Part shown: in pieces, positions 47,492 through 56,907 of the stretch
Layout of the letters: every line of letters begins with the position of its first letter
Numbering within the stretch: position 1 is the first letter of the stretch
Source: an uncultured delta proteobacterium
GTDB lineage: Bacteria > Myxococcota_A > UBA9160 > SMWR01
DNA length: 64,000 nt
Assembly: GCA_963832165.1 (NCBI GenBank)
Contig: CAWHTE010000004.1
Location: forward strand, 608,001-672,000
Reading direction: 5' to 3'
Made by a program: the position numbers and the translations under genes
Notes under the pieces: model-generated
What the model was told of the DNA's origin: nothing
The model's database searches: none
What the model saw: the letters and a program-made list of their open reading frames with translations, nothing else

Positions 47492-50325
47492 TGAGACGCC
47501 GATTCGGGCGTGGACGACGCAATGATTCCCAGGGTGAGGCGCGCGGGGCGTCGATCGACGCAGCCGCGGTGATCGCCCAGATCCTCGAGGCGCGCGCGAT
47601 CGACGCCGAACGGCTCGAGCCCGTGCAGCTCGAGGGCGTGCCCGCGAACTTCGCGGCGCTCGGTGCAGGAGAGAACGGCGCGGGCCGGCCCGTCGCGGTC
47701 GGATTCAGTCCCGAGCGCGGCGCCGACGCGGCGCTCGCCGTGCTCGTGCTCGCGGCTCAGCGCCGCAGCGCGGGTCAGCCCGACGCGAACTTGTTCGCGA
47801 TCGCGCCCGACTGGAGCGGCGCGGATCGCCGCCGCCTCGCGCTGCTCTCGCCGCGCGTGCCGCTCGCCGCGATCGCAGCGAGCGCGCTCGCAGGCGGCGC
47901 CGTGCGCGTGGCCCCGGAGCCGCGTGAGCCCGCGGTCTGCGAGCCGTCGCTGCTCGCGGGGCGGCTTGCGCGCAGCCCGGAGCGCGATGCGTTCACGCGC
48001 GCGCTCGCGGGGCTCGAGGGGCTCGCCGCGAAGCACGGCGGAGTCGTTCGCGGCGGCAGCGATCGCGCCGAGATCGTGCTGCTCGCGCGGCGCACGGCCG
48101 CGCTGGTCGCGGAGCCGGGTGCCGTGCGGCTCGAGGTGTACGAGCCCGACCGCGCCACGCTGCCGCTCACCTCGGCCGAGACCCTCGCCACCGCTCTGGA
48201 TCGACTCGAGGGTTTGCTCCGCAAGCTCCTGAACGACCGCAAGATTCGCACCGCCGAGGCCGGTCTGCGCGCAGCCCTGCAGCCGGTCCTCGAGCGCGCC
48301 GCCGACCTCATCGCGAGCGCGCGCTGGCCCGTGAGCGGCACCGATGGCGAGGTGATCGAGGCGGTGGGCCTCGACGCGTCGGGTCGCGTGGTGGTGGTCG
48401 CCGCGCGCGAGAAGCTCGATCTGCCCGGCTTCGCCCAGATCCTCGATGCGGTGCCCGCCGCGATCGGTGTCGCGCGCGACCTCGCGCGCCGCGAGGGGCG
48501 TCCGCCCGCACCCGGTGCGCCGCGACTCGCGCTCGCCGCGGTCGACTTCGACCGCGCCGTGCTCGATGCGTGCGCGGCGCTGGGCCTCGACCTCTCGCTA
48601 TTCGACGCGAGCACGCGGCGCAGCGGCGACTGGGGGCTCGAGGCGCGCCCGCGGCCCGAGCTCGGAGAGGCGACCGCGACTCCGTACGCCGCGCGCCCGC
48701 TCTCGCCGTACACGGCTCCGGTTGCGCCGCCGGCCCGCGAGACCGCACCCGAGCCGGCCCCGTCGTTCGCGCCGCCGAGCTCGTTCTCGGACGAGCCGAT
48801 CACGACCTCCGCGGCGCCCGCGCCGCGAGAAGAGCGCAGCACCGGCACGCGCCCCGAGCCGCGTTTCGAAGAGATGTCGCTGTTCGATCTCGACGAGGAG
48901 ACGCCCGTCGCCGAGGGCGCCGGCTCCGAGGGCGGAGAAGGCGGCGAGGGTGGCCGACGGCGGCGGCGCGGTCGCCGGCGCGGGCGGCGCGGCCGCGGAG
49001 GCGAGGCTCGCGGCGATGGTCGCAGCGACCGCGGCGATCGACCGCGCGGCGACGACGGCGGCGACCGCGACGAGCCGGATCGCTCGGGTTCGGCTCCATC
49101 GGAGCGAGCGCCGCAAGCGCTCGCGAGCGAGCCGCCCGCAGAGAGCGACGACGACGATCCGCTGCTCGAGGCCGACGACGACGTCGCGCTCGTGCCCATG
49201 GTCGAGGACGTGCCCGAGGTCGAAGAGCCCGAGCCGCCTGCCTATGACGACGAGGAAGAGGGCGACGAGGGCGATCCCGACGCGGATCGGGCGCGCCGCG
49301 CCGCGGATCAGCGCCGCAGCGCGCGGGTCGAGAAGCCGTTCGAGGTGCCCGCGCCGCGCCGGCGCGCGGCGTTCCTCGCCCATGCCGACCCGATCTCGGT
49401 GCTCTCGGCGATCGTGCTCGCGCGCGATGTGCGGCTCGTCGAGAGCTTCTGGGTCTATCCGCAGGCCGATCTCATGACGTTCTTCCGCAGCGTTGCGACC
49501 GACCTGCGCGACGAGACGCCGATGTTCCTGGTCGGCTTCGCCGCGTCGCCGCCCGCGCGCGACACGCTTCAGGCCGCGGCGCTGTACCGCGGCCGGCTGG
49601 ATTGGTTCGACCACCACGACTGGCCGCCCGAAGACCTCGTGGCGCTGCGCGAGACACTCGGCGCCGAGCACGTGCACGTGCAGCCGGGCGCCGAGAGCTC
49701 GCTCGCGGCCGTGATCGCGCAGCGCACGCGGCGCAGCCGCTTCTCCGACAAGCTCGTGGAGCTGATCACGGGGCGCTTCTCGCAGCACGACTACGAGCGC
49801 TGGGGTCGCTACTGGTGGCAGCGCGCGAGAGACATCGCCGGACGCGCGGGCGATCGCCGGGCCGAGGTCGAGCCGCTGCTCGCGGGGCGGCCGTCCGACC
49901 TCGCGCGCGAGGTGGCGCGCTCGCCCGAGCCGCCGCTTCCGGCCGAGCTCTCGTACGTCTCGAGCCGCGATTTCCGGCTGATCCACTTCGGCGGCCTCGT
50001 GATGGTCGTGCTCGAGGTGACCCCGGACCTCGACCTGCACCTGTGCGCGCGCATCGCGCGCGAGCGCTACCAGGCGCACCTCTCGCTCGCCATGAGTCCG
50101 GAGCGCGAGCTGGTCGTCCTCGGCGGCGACGAGACGCGCTTCAAGCGCGGCCTCGACCTCGGCGGAGTGACCGCTCACCTCGCCTCCAAGCACCGCTGGA
50201 TCGAGGCGCTCCCCGACGACGATCACGTCGCGCGGATGCGCGTGCACGGGCTCCACCGGGAGCCCGGTCGGCTCGACGAGCTGATCAGCGAGATCGCGAT
50301 GGGGCGCTCGATCGTCGAAGGGTAG
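47491..50325 (+). CDS. 944-aa hypothetical protein: nuclease-like N-terminal region, Arg/acidic disordered linker, degenerate DHH-like C-terminal domain
   Basis: IEAVGLDASGRVVVV; RRRRRGRRRGRRGRG; acidic tracts; HADPISVLSA and WFDHH. Confidence 0.7.
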   Translation: MRRRFGRGRRNDSQGEARGASIDAAAVIAQILEARAIDAERLEPVQLEGVPANFAALGAGENGAGRPVAVGFSPERGADAALAVLVLAAQRRSAGQPDANLFAIAPDWSGADRRRLALLSPRVPLAAIAASALAGGAVRVAPEPREPAVCEPSLLAGRLARSPERDAFTRALAGLEGLAAKHGGVVRGGSDRAEIVLLARRTAALVAEPGAVRLEVYEPDRATLPLTSAETLATALDRLEGLLRKLLNDRKIRTAEAGLRAALQPVLERAADLIASARWPVSGTDGEVIEAVGLDASGRVVVVAAREKLDLPGFAQILDAVPAAIGVARDLARREGRPPAPGAPRLALAAVDFDRAVLDACAALGLDLSLFDASTRRSGDWGLEARPRPELGEATATPYAARPLSPYTAPVAPPARETAPEPAPSFAPPSSFSDEPITTSAAPAPREERSTGTRPEPRFEEMSLFDLDEETPVAEGAGSEGGEGGEGGRRRRRGRRRGRRGRGGEARGDGRSDRGDRPRGDDGGDRDEPDRSGSAPSERAPQALASEPPAESDDDDPLLEADDDVALVPMVEDVPEVEEPEPPAYDDEEEGDEGDPDADRARRAADQRRSARVEKPFEVPAPRRRAAFLAHADPISVLSAIVLARDVRLVESFWVYPQADLMTFFRSVATDLRDETPMFLVGFAASPPARDTLQAAALYRGRLDWFDHHDWPPEDLVALRETLGAEHVHVQPGAESSLAAVIAQRTRRSRFSDKLVELITGRFSQHDYERWGRYWWQRARDIAGRAGDRRAEVEPLLAGRPSDLAREVARSPEPPLPAELSYVSSRDFRLIHFGGLVMVVLEVTPDLDLHLCARIARERYQAHLSLAMSPERELVVLGGDETRFKRGLDLGGVTAHLASKHRWIEALPDDDHVARMRVHGLHREPGRLDELISEIAMGRSIVEG

Positions 50326-50327
50326 TC

Positions 50328-51098
50328 GTGTCGTCCGCAAACCTCGTGGAGATCTTCTCGTCGTTTCAGGGCGAGGGACCCCACGTGGGCTGCTCGACGC
50401 TGTTCGTGCGCTTCGGTGCGTGCGATCTGCGCTGTCGCTGGTGCGATTCGCCGCACACGTGGAAGGCGGGACCGCGCTGCCGGATCGAGGATCCCGCGCT
50501 CGGCGAGCGCGAGCTCGAGAACCCCGTGCCGCTCGCGGAGATCACCGCGGCTGCCGAGGCCCTGCACGTGAAGCGCCACCGCTTCGTGAGCCTGACCGGT
50601 GGAGAGCCGCTGCTGCAGCCCGAGGCCGTGCACGCGACCGCGAGCGTCCTGCGCGAGCGCGGGCCGCGCATCCTGCTCGAGACGCACGGTCTCGCGACGG
50701 CCGCGCTCGTGCGCGTGATCGACGCAATCGACGTGATCTCGATGGACTGGAAGCTCGCGAGCGAGGTGGAGCGCGCCGACGCACCGCGCGGTGCACCGCG
50801 CGAGGAGTTCCACGCACAGCACGCGGAGTTCTTGCGCATCGCGCTGCGCTCGGCCGAGACCTACGTGAAGGTGGTGGTCACGCCCTCGACCCGCGACGAC
50901 GAGCTCGACGCGCTCGCGGGTCACGTCGCCGCGGTGGATCGCGAGGTTCCGCTCGTGATCCAGCCCGTCACGCCGCGCGGCTCCGTGAAGGAGAGCCCGA
51001 CGCCCGCCCGATTGCTCGCGTGGCAGGCGCGTCTCGAGCGCGAGTTGCGCGACGTGCGCGTGATCCCGCAGACCCATCCCGGGCTCGGCGTGCGCTGA
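50328..51098 (+). CDS. queE: 7-carboxy-7-deazaguanine synthase QueE (radical SAM)
   Basis: EIFSSFQGEG, FVRFGACDLRCRWCD, LTGGEPLLQ, LET, IPQTH. Confidence 0.9.
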   Translation: MSSANLVEIFSSFQGEGPHVGCSTLFVRFGACDLRCRWCDSPHTWKAGPRCRIEDPALGERELENPVPLAEITAAAEALHVKRHRFVSLTGGEPLLQPEAVHATASVLRERGPRILLETHGLATAALVRVIDAIDVISMDWKLASEVERADAPRGAPREEFHAQHAEFLRIALRSAETYVKVVVTPSTRDDELDALAGHVAAVDREVPLVIQPVTPRGSVKESPTPARLLAWQARLERELRDVRVIPQTHPGLGVR

Positions 51099-51151
51099 CG
51101 TGCTCCCCGCCGGGATCAAGCGGACGCGCGTCCCGAGCCGAATAGACAGGG

Positions 51152-51685
51152 ATGGCCGAGCAATCGGGGCCGGGCAACAGCGCCTGGGTGACGAACCGCA
51201 AGAAGCGGCGGATCCCGTGCACGCTCTGGGTGGGCGAGCGCGAGCACAGCGCGCTGATCCTCGACGTGTCGCCGAGCGGGCTGTTCGTCCAGACCCACGC
51301 GAAGACGCAGCGCAGCGAGCGGCTGCACCTGTTCTTCTCGCAGGGCTCGGACATGCTCGAGCTGATCGTCGAAGTCGTGCGCACCAAGAGCGTTCCGCAG
51401 AATCTGCTCGCGGCGACCAAGGGCGGCATCGGCGTGCGGATCGTCTCCGCGCCCGAGGAGTACTACGAGATGCTCACCGCGCTCGGCATCAACGAGCGCA
51501 GCAAGCCCACTTTCGAGCTCGAGCCGGCGCCCGGGCTGCGCTTCCGCGTGCACGTGGCTCAGATCGGCGGACCGCGCTCGCGGCGCGTCGAGCTCTCGGC
51601 GCCCGACGCAGAAGCGGCCGGCGCAGGCGCGCTCAAAGAGATGGGCGAGGGCTGGAAGGTGCTCCGCGTCGACGCGGTCTCGTAG
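51152..51685 (+). CDS. PilZ domain protein
   Basis: RKKRR (RxxxR) and DVSPSG (DxSxxG) c-di-GMP motifs. Confidence 0.78.
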   Translation: MAEQSGPGNSAWVTNRKKRRIPCTLWVGEREHSALILDVSPSGLFVQTHAKTQRSERLHLFFSQGSDMLELIVEVVRTKSVPQNLLAATKGGIGVRIVSAPEEYYEMLTALGINERSKPTFELEPAPGLRFRVHVAQIGGPRSRRVELSAPDAEAAGAGALKEMGEGWKVLRVDAVS

Positions 51686-51686
51686 G

Positions 51687-51740
51687 GCGGGAGAAGCGAG
51701 CGGAGCGAGCGGATCCCGCCGCGCGCCGAAGGCGCGCCGC
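51687..51740. repeat. REP-like hairpin cluster between convergent genes
   Basis: GCGGGA...TCCCGC and GCGCGCC-GAA-GGCGCGC stems; GCGAGCG motifs resembling the repeat family. Confidence 0.45.
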
Positions 51741-51753
51741 TAGTCCGATTCCG

Positions 51754-53829
51754 CTATTCGCTCAACGCGCGCTCGAAGCGCGACAGCGCCCCCGCGCCGT
51801 CCGCGGCGCGCGTGCCGAAACGCTCGCAGAGATAGGCCTCGGTGAGCTCGGTGAACGCGGCACTCGCGCCCGCAGGCAGATCGACTGCCACCTCGCGCGC
51901 GAACGAGCGCGCGGTGACGCCAACCGATCGCACGTGTCCGCGCCGCGCGAGCAGGCGCAGCGCGCGCGCATAGCTCGGGTGTGCGGCGTTCGCGCGACCG
52001 CGCGTGCGGCGCCGCAGGTGTACGACCACGGTCACGAGCGCGGCGCCCACGCCCAGGCCGATCACCCAGTCGCGGCGCTCCAACGCTGCGCGCCACGCGA
52101 AGGCGGCGGCCGGGCGCGGTGCGGACGTCTCCGACTTGCGTCCATGCCACGCCAGCCACGCGCGCTTGAGCACGTCGATCTGGTCGGAGCGGTCGAAGCC
52201 CACGACGCGCTGGAACCACCAGAGCTCGACCGCGCTCGCGAGGTCCGCCATCCGCTCGCCGAACGAGAGCGGCGACTCGGCGCGCGAGCGCAGATCGGCC
52301 GGCGTGGGGTCGTAGCGCACCCAGCCCGCGCGCTCGTAGTGGATCTCGACCCACGCGTGGGCGTCGCGCTGCGCGACCACGACGAATCCGCCGATCTCGT
52401 TGGTGCGCCCGCCCGCGAAGCCGTTCACGAGCCGCGCGGGCAGACCGACCTCGCGCGCGAGCACCACCATCGCCGAGGCGAAGTACTCGCAGTGCCCCGC
52501 GAGCTCACCGAGCAGGAAGCGCTCGAGCGGCGAGCTGCCGTCGCTGGGCGGCTCGGGCGGCGTGTCGGTGTAGCGCCCGTTCGCGACGAGCCAGCGCTCG
52601 ATCGAGCGCGCGCGCTCCGCGTCGCCGCGCGTTTCCGCCGTGATGCGCGCTGCGAGCGCCGCCACCGCGGGCGAGAGCGGGGCGCGCGCGAGCACGCGGC
52701 TGCCGTTGCGGCGCGGCGCCACGGCGCGGTCGCCCGCGAGCGCGTCGTCGTCGGGCACGGCGCGCAGCGAGCGCACCGTGTAGCGCACGCGCTCCTCGGC
52801 CTGGGTCGCCGCGTAGAGGCCGCCCGAGGTGTCGCGCTCGAGCCGGCGGATCGTGCCCTGCACGCCGCGCGGATCGCCGACCCGGAGCAGCACGCCGCCC
52901 TCGATCGGCTCGCGCACGATCCGCTGCACGAGGTCGTAGCGGTCGGGCTCGAGACCGAGACCGACGCCCCCCTCGGCGCTGCCGGGCACGAGCTCGCGAT
53001 CGGGCGGCGTGATCGACCACGCCTTTCCGTCGAAGGTGTCGAAGGCGAGGCCCCTCCAATACGCGGCACTCGCACCGGGAGGCTTGCCCTCGAGCGTCTC
53101 CACGCGCATCACCATGCTCGGGTCGCTGCGGATCCGCCCGAGCGCGCCGAGCTCCACGCGCTCCGAGAAGCCCGAGGCCGCGAGCGCGCCGCCGAGCAGC
53201 GGGCCCCGCACCACGTTCGCCTGGATTCGCGGCAGCGCCACGAACAGGAACATCGCCACGAGCACCGCGAGCGCCGATGCGACCAGCGTCGTGCGCGCGA
53301 GCCCGGGCGTGAACGCGCGCGAGAGCTCGCGCGCCTGACCGGCCTCGAGCGCCTCGCTGCGCAGCGTGTGCACGAGCAGCGTCCAGACCGTCGCGAACAC
53401 GAACGCCACGAGCAGCGGCGTGAAGAACACGCTGTCGGTCAGGTTCGCGGCGAGCACGACCTGGAACAGCGCCAGCGCCACGAGCAGGAACTCCGTGCGG
53501 CGCGGCCGCGCGTCGAGCAGCTGCAGACCCTGGGTGGTCGCGGCGAAGTTCGCGAGCGCGACGGTCGAGGGCTCGCCGCCGAGCGCCACCCAGGTGGTGC
53601 CCGCCGTGATCGCGAGCATGAGCCCGTTCAAGATCCAAGCGTTGGTCTGCCATGCGAACGGGCTCGTGCGCCGCCACAGCGAGACGACGAGCGCGATCGC
53701 CGCCGCGGCGAGCGCCCACGGCGCGAGCTGCCCGGTGATGCCGAGCGTGGCGGTCGCGACCGAGACGAGCAGCCACGCCGAGGTCGGGCGCGGCTCCTGC
53801 ACCGGGACGCGGAAGGCGCGCCGGCTCAC
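51754..53829 (-). CDS. TgpA-like membrane transglutaminase (DUF3488 + transglutaminase + DUF4129)
   Basis: N-terminal TMs, YWRG..FD, GHCEYFASAM, RLVNGF, DAHAWVE, GWVRYDPTP. Confidence 0.9.
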   Translation of the reverse strand: MSRRAFRVPVQEPRPTSAWLLVSVATATLGITGQLAPWALAAAAIALVVSLWRRTSPFAWQTNAWILNGLMLAITAGTTWVALGGEPSTVALANFAATTQGLQLLDARPRRTEFLLVALALFQVVLAANLTDSVFFTPLLVAFVFATVWTLLVHTLRSEALEAGQARELSRAFTPGLARTTLVASALAVLVAMFLFVALPRIQANVVRGPLLGGALAASGFSERVELGALGRIRSDPSMVMRVETLEGKPPGASAAYWRGLAFDTFDGKAWSITPPDRELVPGSAEGGVGLGLEPDRYDLVQRIVREPIEGGVLLRVGDPRGVQGTIRRLERDTSGGLYAATQAEERVRYTVRSLRAVPDDDALAGDRAVAPRRNGSRVLARAPLSPAVAALAARITAETRGDAERARSIERWLVANGRYTDTPPEPPSDGSSPLERFLLGELAGHCEYFASAMVVLAREVGLPARLVNGFAGGRTNEIGGFVVVAQRDAHAWVEIHYERAGWVRYDPTPADLRSRAESPLSFGERMADLASAVELWWFQRVVGFDRSDQIDVLKRAWLAWHGRKSETSAPRPAAAFAWRAALERRDWVIGLGVGAALVTVVVHLRRRTRGRANAAHPSYARALRLLARRGHVRSVGVTARSFAREVAVDLPAGASAAFTELTEAYLCERFGTRAADGAGALSRFERALSE

Positions 53830-54821
53830 GCGGCTCTCCCCGCGTCGGGCTCGGGCGCCACGCGCGCGAGGAAGCCGAGCAGGCGGGCGCGCTGCTGCGG
53901 TCCGGCGCCGGGCGCGAGGCGGTCGCGGTCGGTGCGCAGGCCCACGCGCAGGCCGCGCTCGAGCAGCGCTGCTGCGTCGGAGGCCGATCCGCGCACGTCG
54001 CGCTCGAAGCCGTCGTCGGCGGGGCGGCCCGCCGTGCGCAGGCGCAGCTCCACCTCGCCCTGGTGCTCGCTCTCGAGATCGCGCACCCAGAGGGCGCGCG
54101 CGCGCAGCGTGGGGCGCCACGCGATGCGTCGGGTCGGGTCGCCGCGCTGGTACTCGCGCACGCCACCGACCTCGGTGCCGCGCCCGCGCGCTCCCGCGAC
54201 GCCGTCGCCCGACTCGCGCGCGGTGCCGAAGTCGGGCGGAATCGACACGGGATCGACCGCGGGATAGACGAGGGCGTGCTCGCGCACCTCGAACGTGCGC
54301 GACTTCGAGAACAGGCCGAACGGGAAGCGCGTGGAGACCACGAAGCCCGCGAACGCGAGCTGGCCGCGCCGCTCGGGGCGCAGCCGGTAGCTGCGCGTCT
54401 CGGCGGCGCCCGGCGTCACGCGCAGCGCAAAGCACCGCCCGGCCGCGCGCTCGCGCCCCGCGTCGTCGATCCAGCGATCCTCGACGACGAGCGCGTAGGC
54501 GACCACGCGGCGCTGGAGGTTGTGGATCTCGACGCCGACCCACGCGTCGCGGTCGGCATAGAGCTCGCGCGGCACGCGGCGGCGCAACGCGATGCCGCGC
54601 AGCGCGGACTCGGAGAGCACGCCCGACAGCACCAGGAACGCGAGCATCAGCGAGAGCACGAGGTAGAGCAGGTTGTTGCCCGTGTTCAGCGCCGCGAACC
54701 CGACGCCGAACGTGAGCGCGAAGAAGCTCCAGCCCGCGCGCGTGGGCCGCAGCTGGCGCGGCGGACGCAGCCAGCGCAGCGCGCCCGAGAAGTGAGCGCG
54801 CGGAAAGCGCCGGCGCTGCAC
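53826..54821 (-). CDS. DUF58 domain protein
   Basis: AALNTGNNLLYL, FPFGLF, VYP, REYQRGD..RRIAW. Confidence 0.88.
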   Translation of the reverse strand: MQRRRFPRAHFSGALRWLRPPRQLRPTRAGWSFFALTFGVGFAALNTGNNLLYLVLSLMLAFLVLSGVLSESALRGIALRRRVPRELYADRDAWVGVEIHNLQRRVVAYALVVEDRWIDDAGRERAAGRCFALRVTPGAAETRSYRLRPERRGQLAFAGFVVSTRFPFGLFSKSRTFEVREHALVYPAVDPVSIPPDFGTARESGDGVAGARGRGTEVGGVREYQRGDPTRRIAWRPTLRARALWVRDLESEHQGEVELRLRTAGRPADDGFERDVRGSASDAAALLERGLRVGLRTDRDRLAPGAGPQQRARLLGFLARVAPEPDAGRAA

Positions 54822-54826
54822 CGCGA

Positions 54827-55828
54827 TCAGAGCGGAACGCTGGTCCGGTCCAGGATCTCGCGCAGCAGGCACGCGCTCTCCTCCGCGCCGGCTCGATATC
54901 CCGCGCGAACGTCGAGGGCGATCCGGTGGGCGAGCACGTCGATCGCGAGCTCCTGAACGTCCTCGGGAATGCAGTAGTCGCGGCCGTCGAGCAGCGCGCG
55001 CGCCTGCGAGGCGCGGCGCAGCGCGATCGCGCCGCGCGGCGAGACGCCGACCGCGATCGCCTCGTGGTCGCGCGTGGCCGCGACGATCTCGAGCACGTAG
55101 GAGACGAGCGCGTCGTCGAACTTGATGCTCTCCGCGACGCGCTGCAGCGCGAGCACGTCGCTCGCGGCGATCACGGGCGAAAGGCGCGGCAGCGAGCTGG
55201 CCGCGGGGTCGTCGCGCAACACGGCCGCCTCGTCGGCGGGCTCGGGATAGCCGATTCCGCGGCGGACCATGAAGCGATCGAGCTGCGACTCGGGCAGCGG
55301 GTGCGTGCCGTGGTGATCGAGCGGATTCTGCGTGGCCACCACGAAGAACGGCTCGGGCAGGGGATGTGTCACGCCATCGACCGTCACCGCGCGCTCGGCC
55401 ATCGCCTCGAGCAGCGCCGACTGCACCTTCGGGCTCGCGCGGTTGATCTCGTCCGCGAGCACCACGTGGGCGAACAGCGGACCGGGCTGGAAGCGGAACG
55501 CGCCGGTCGGGAGTCCGGCGTGGGTCTCGGGCAGGGAGCTGCCGATCAGGTCGCCCGGCAGGAGGTCGCTCGTGAACTGGATGCGCCGGAACGAAGCGTC
55601 GATGCAGCGCGCGAGCGCTTGGGCCAGCGTGGTCTTGCCGACTCCGGGCACGTCCTCGAGCAGGAGATGGCCGCCCGCGATCAGCGTCTCCACCGACCGC
55701 CGCACCACCTCGGGCTTGCCGCGCAGCGCCTGTCCCACGGCATCGCAGAGCCGCTGTACCTGCGCGCACGCCGCTTCGAGCGAGAGCGGTCGCGCGACGC
55801 CGCCTTCCTGCGCGGATTGCGTGGCCAC
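54827..55828 (-). CDS. MoxR family AAA+ ATPase
   Basis: EDVPGVGKT, RIQFTSDLLPGD, DEINRASPKVQSALLEAM, ATQNP, LPESQLDRF. Confidence 0.95.
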   Translation of the reverse strand: MATQSAQEGGVARPLSLEAACAQVQRLCDAVGQALRGKPEVVRRSVETLIAGGHLLLEDVPGVGKTTLAQALARCIDASFRRIQFTSDLLPGDLIGSSLPETHAGLPTGAFRFQPGPLFAHVVLADEINRASPKVQSALLEAMAERAVTVDGVTHPLPEPFFVVATQNPLDHHGTHPLPESQLDRFMVRRGIGYPEPADEAAVLRDDPAASSLPRLSPVIAASDVLALQRVAESIKFDDALVSYVLEIVAATRDHEAIAVGVSPRGAIALRRASQARALLDGRDYCIPEDVQELAIDVLAHRIALDVRAGYRAGAEESACLLREILDRTSVPL

Positions 55829-55863
55829 GGCTCCGTTTCGGCCGGATCGAGCCGGAGCTGGAG

Positions 55864-56907
55864 CTACCGCGAGGGGTCCCCGATCAGGGCGGTACGCGGG
55901 TCGTCGGACTCCGCGGCGAGCTGCACGCGGGCCAGGAACGCGCGCAGGTCGCCGCCCAGGGAGGCGAGCAGCGCCACGAGCTGGGCGGTATCGGCGTGGT
56001 ACGTGCCCGAGATCGCGAGGCAGGCGTCGCCGAGCGGGAGATCGGCGGCAATCGCGGCCATGTCGCGCCCGGAAAGCTCGAGGACCGCGATGCGCGCGCG
56101 CGCCTCGGCCTCGAGCGCGGCGCGGCGCTCCGCGCGCGCGGGACCCGGGGGATCGGAGGCGTAGAGCCCTTCGACCGCGCGGCGCAGCGAGAGGATCTCC
56201 GCGCGCAGACGCCGCAGCTGGTCGACCGTGCGGCGCTCGCGATCCGCCGCCGCCGCCCCGTCGCGCTCGGCGTAGAAGCGCACGCGCGCCTCCTGCCCGT
56301 AGAACGCCGCGACGCCCTCGTTGAACTCGGGATCGCCCGGCACGAACACTGTCGCGTGCAGGAGCTCGTGGAACAGCGTCTCCACGAGCGTGCCCTCGTC
56401 CTGGCGCAGCATCGGACCCGTGAGCGGGTCGTCGAACCAGCCGAGCGTCGAGTACGCGCGCACCGGCTGCTCGCACACGTCGAGATCCTGGCTGCGCAGG
56501 CGCTCGGCCTCGGCCGCTGCGCTCTCGGCGTCGAAGTAGCCGCGGTAGGGCACGCTGCCCACGATCGGGAACCAGCTCGTCACGGGCTCCACCTCGCCCG
56601 GGCGCGCGGCCACGACGGTCGTCACGATGAAGTCGCCCGGCCACGGCGCGTACTCGGTGTAGTGGTCTCCGACCTCGAGCCCGAGCCCCTGCGCGAACGC
56701 TCGCACCTCGGCGACGCGCTCGAACTGCGCGCGCAGCTCCGGCGGCGTGCCGGGATCGCGGAGGAGCCGCTCGACGGGCTCGCGCGCGCAGAGCAGGCGC
56801 ATCTGACCGCGCGCGAGGTGGCCCAGGTAGCATCCGCTCGTGGCGAGCGAGAGCGACAGCAGCGCGGCGAGCGCGAAGCGCGGGGACGACGAGCGCTTCG
56901 CCTGCAT
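55864..56907 (-). CDS. Putative zinc aminopeptidase lipoprotein (DUF2265-like)
   Basis: Lipobox TSGC, FPIVGSVPYRGYF, AYSTLGWFDDP, HELLH...FNE. Confidence 0.85.
   Translation of the reverse strand: MQAKRSSSPRFALAALLSLSLATSGCYLGHLARGQMRLLCAREPVERLLRDPGTPPELRAQFERVAEVRAFAQGLGLEVGDHYTEYAPWPGDFIVTTVVAARPGEVEPVTSWFPIVGSVPYRGYFDAESAAAEAERLRSQDLDVCEQPVRAYSTLGWFDDPLTGPMLRQDEGTLVETLFHELLHATVFVPGDPEFNEGVAAFYGQEARVRFYAERDGAAAADRERRTVDQLRRLRAEILSLRRAVEGLYASDPPGPARAERRAALEAEARARIAVLELSGRDMAAIAADLPLGDACLAISGTYHADTAQLVALLASLGGDLRAFLARVQLAAESDDPRTALIGDPSR

Noticed and set aside
44731..51098. dGTPase + queE as an anti-phage or 7-deazaguanine DNA-modification (dpd) island
   Set aside because: The dGTPase is the short housekeeping type, there is no dpdA/tgt, queC, queD or folE here, and there are no mobility signs
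51754..55828. MoxR-DUF58-transglutaminase module as a novel system
   Set aside because: A widespread, already described gene trio
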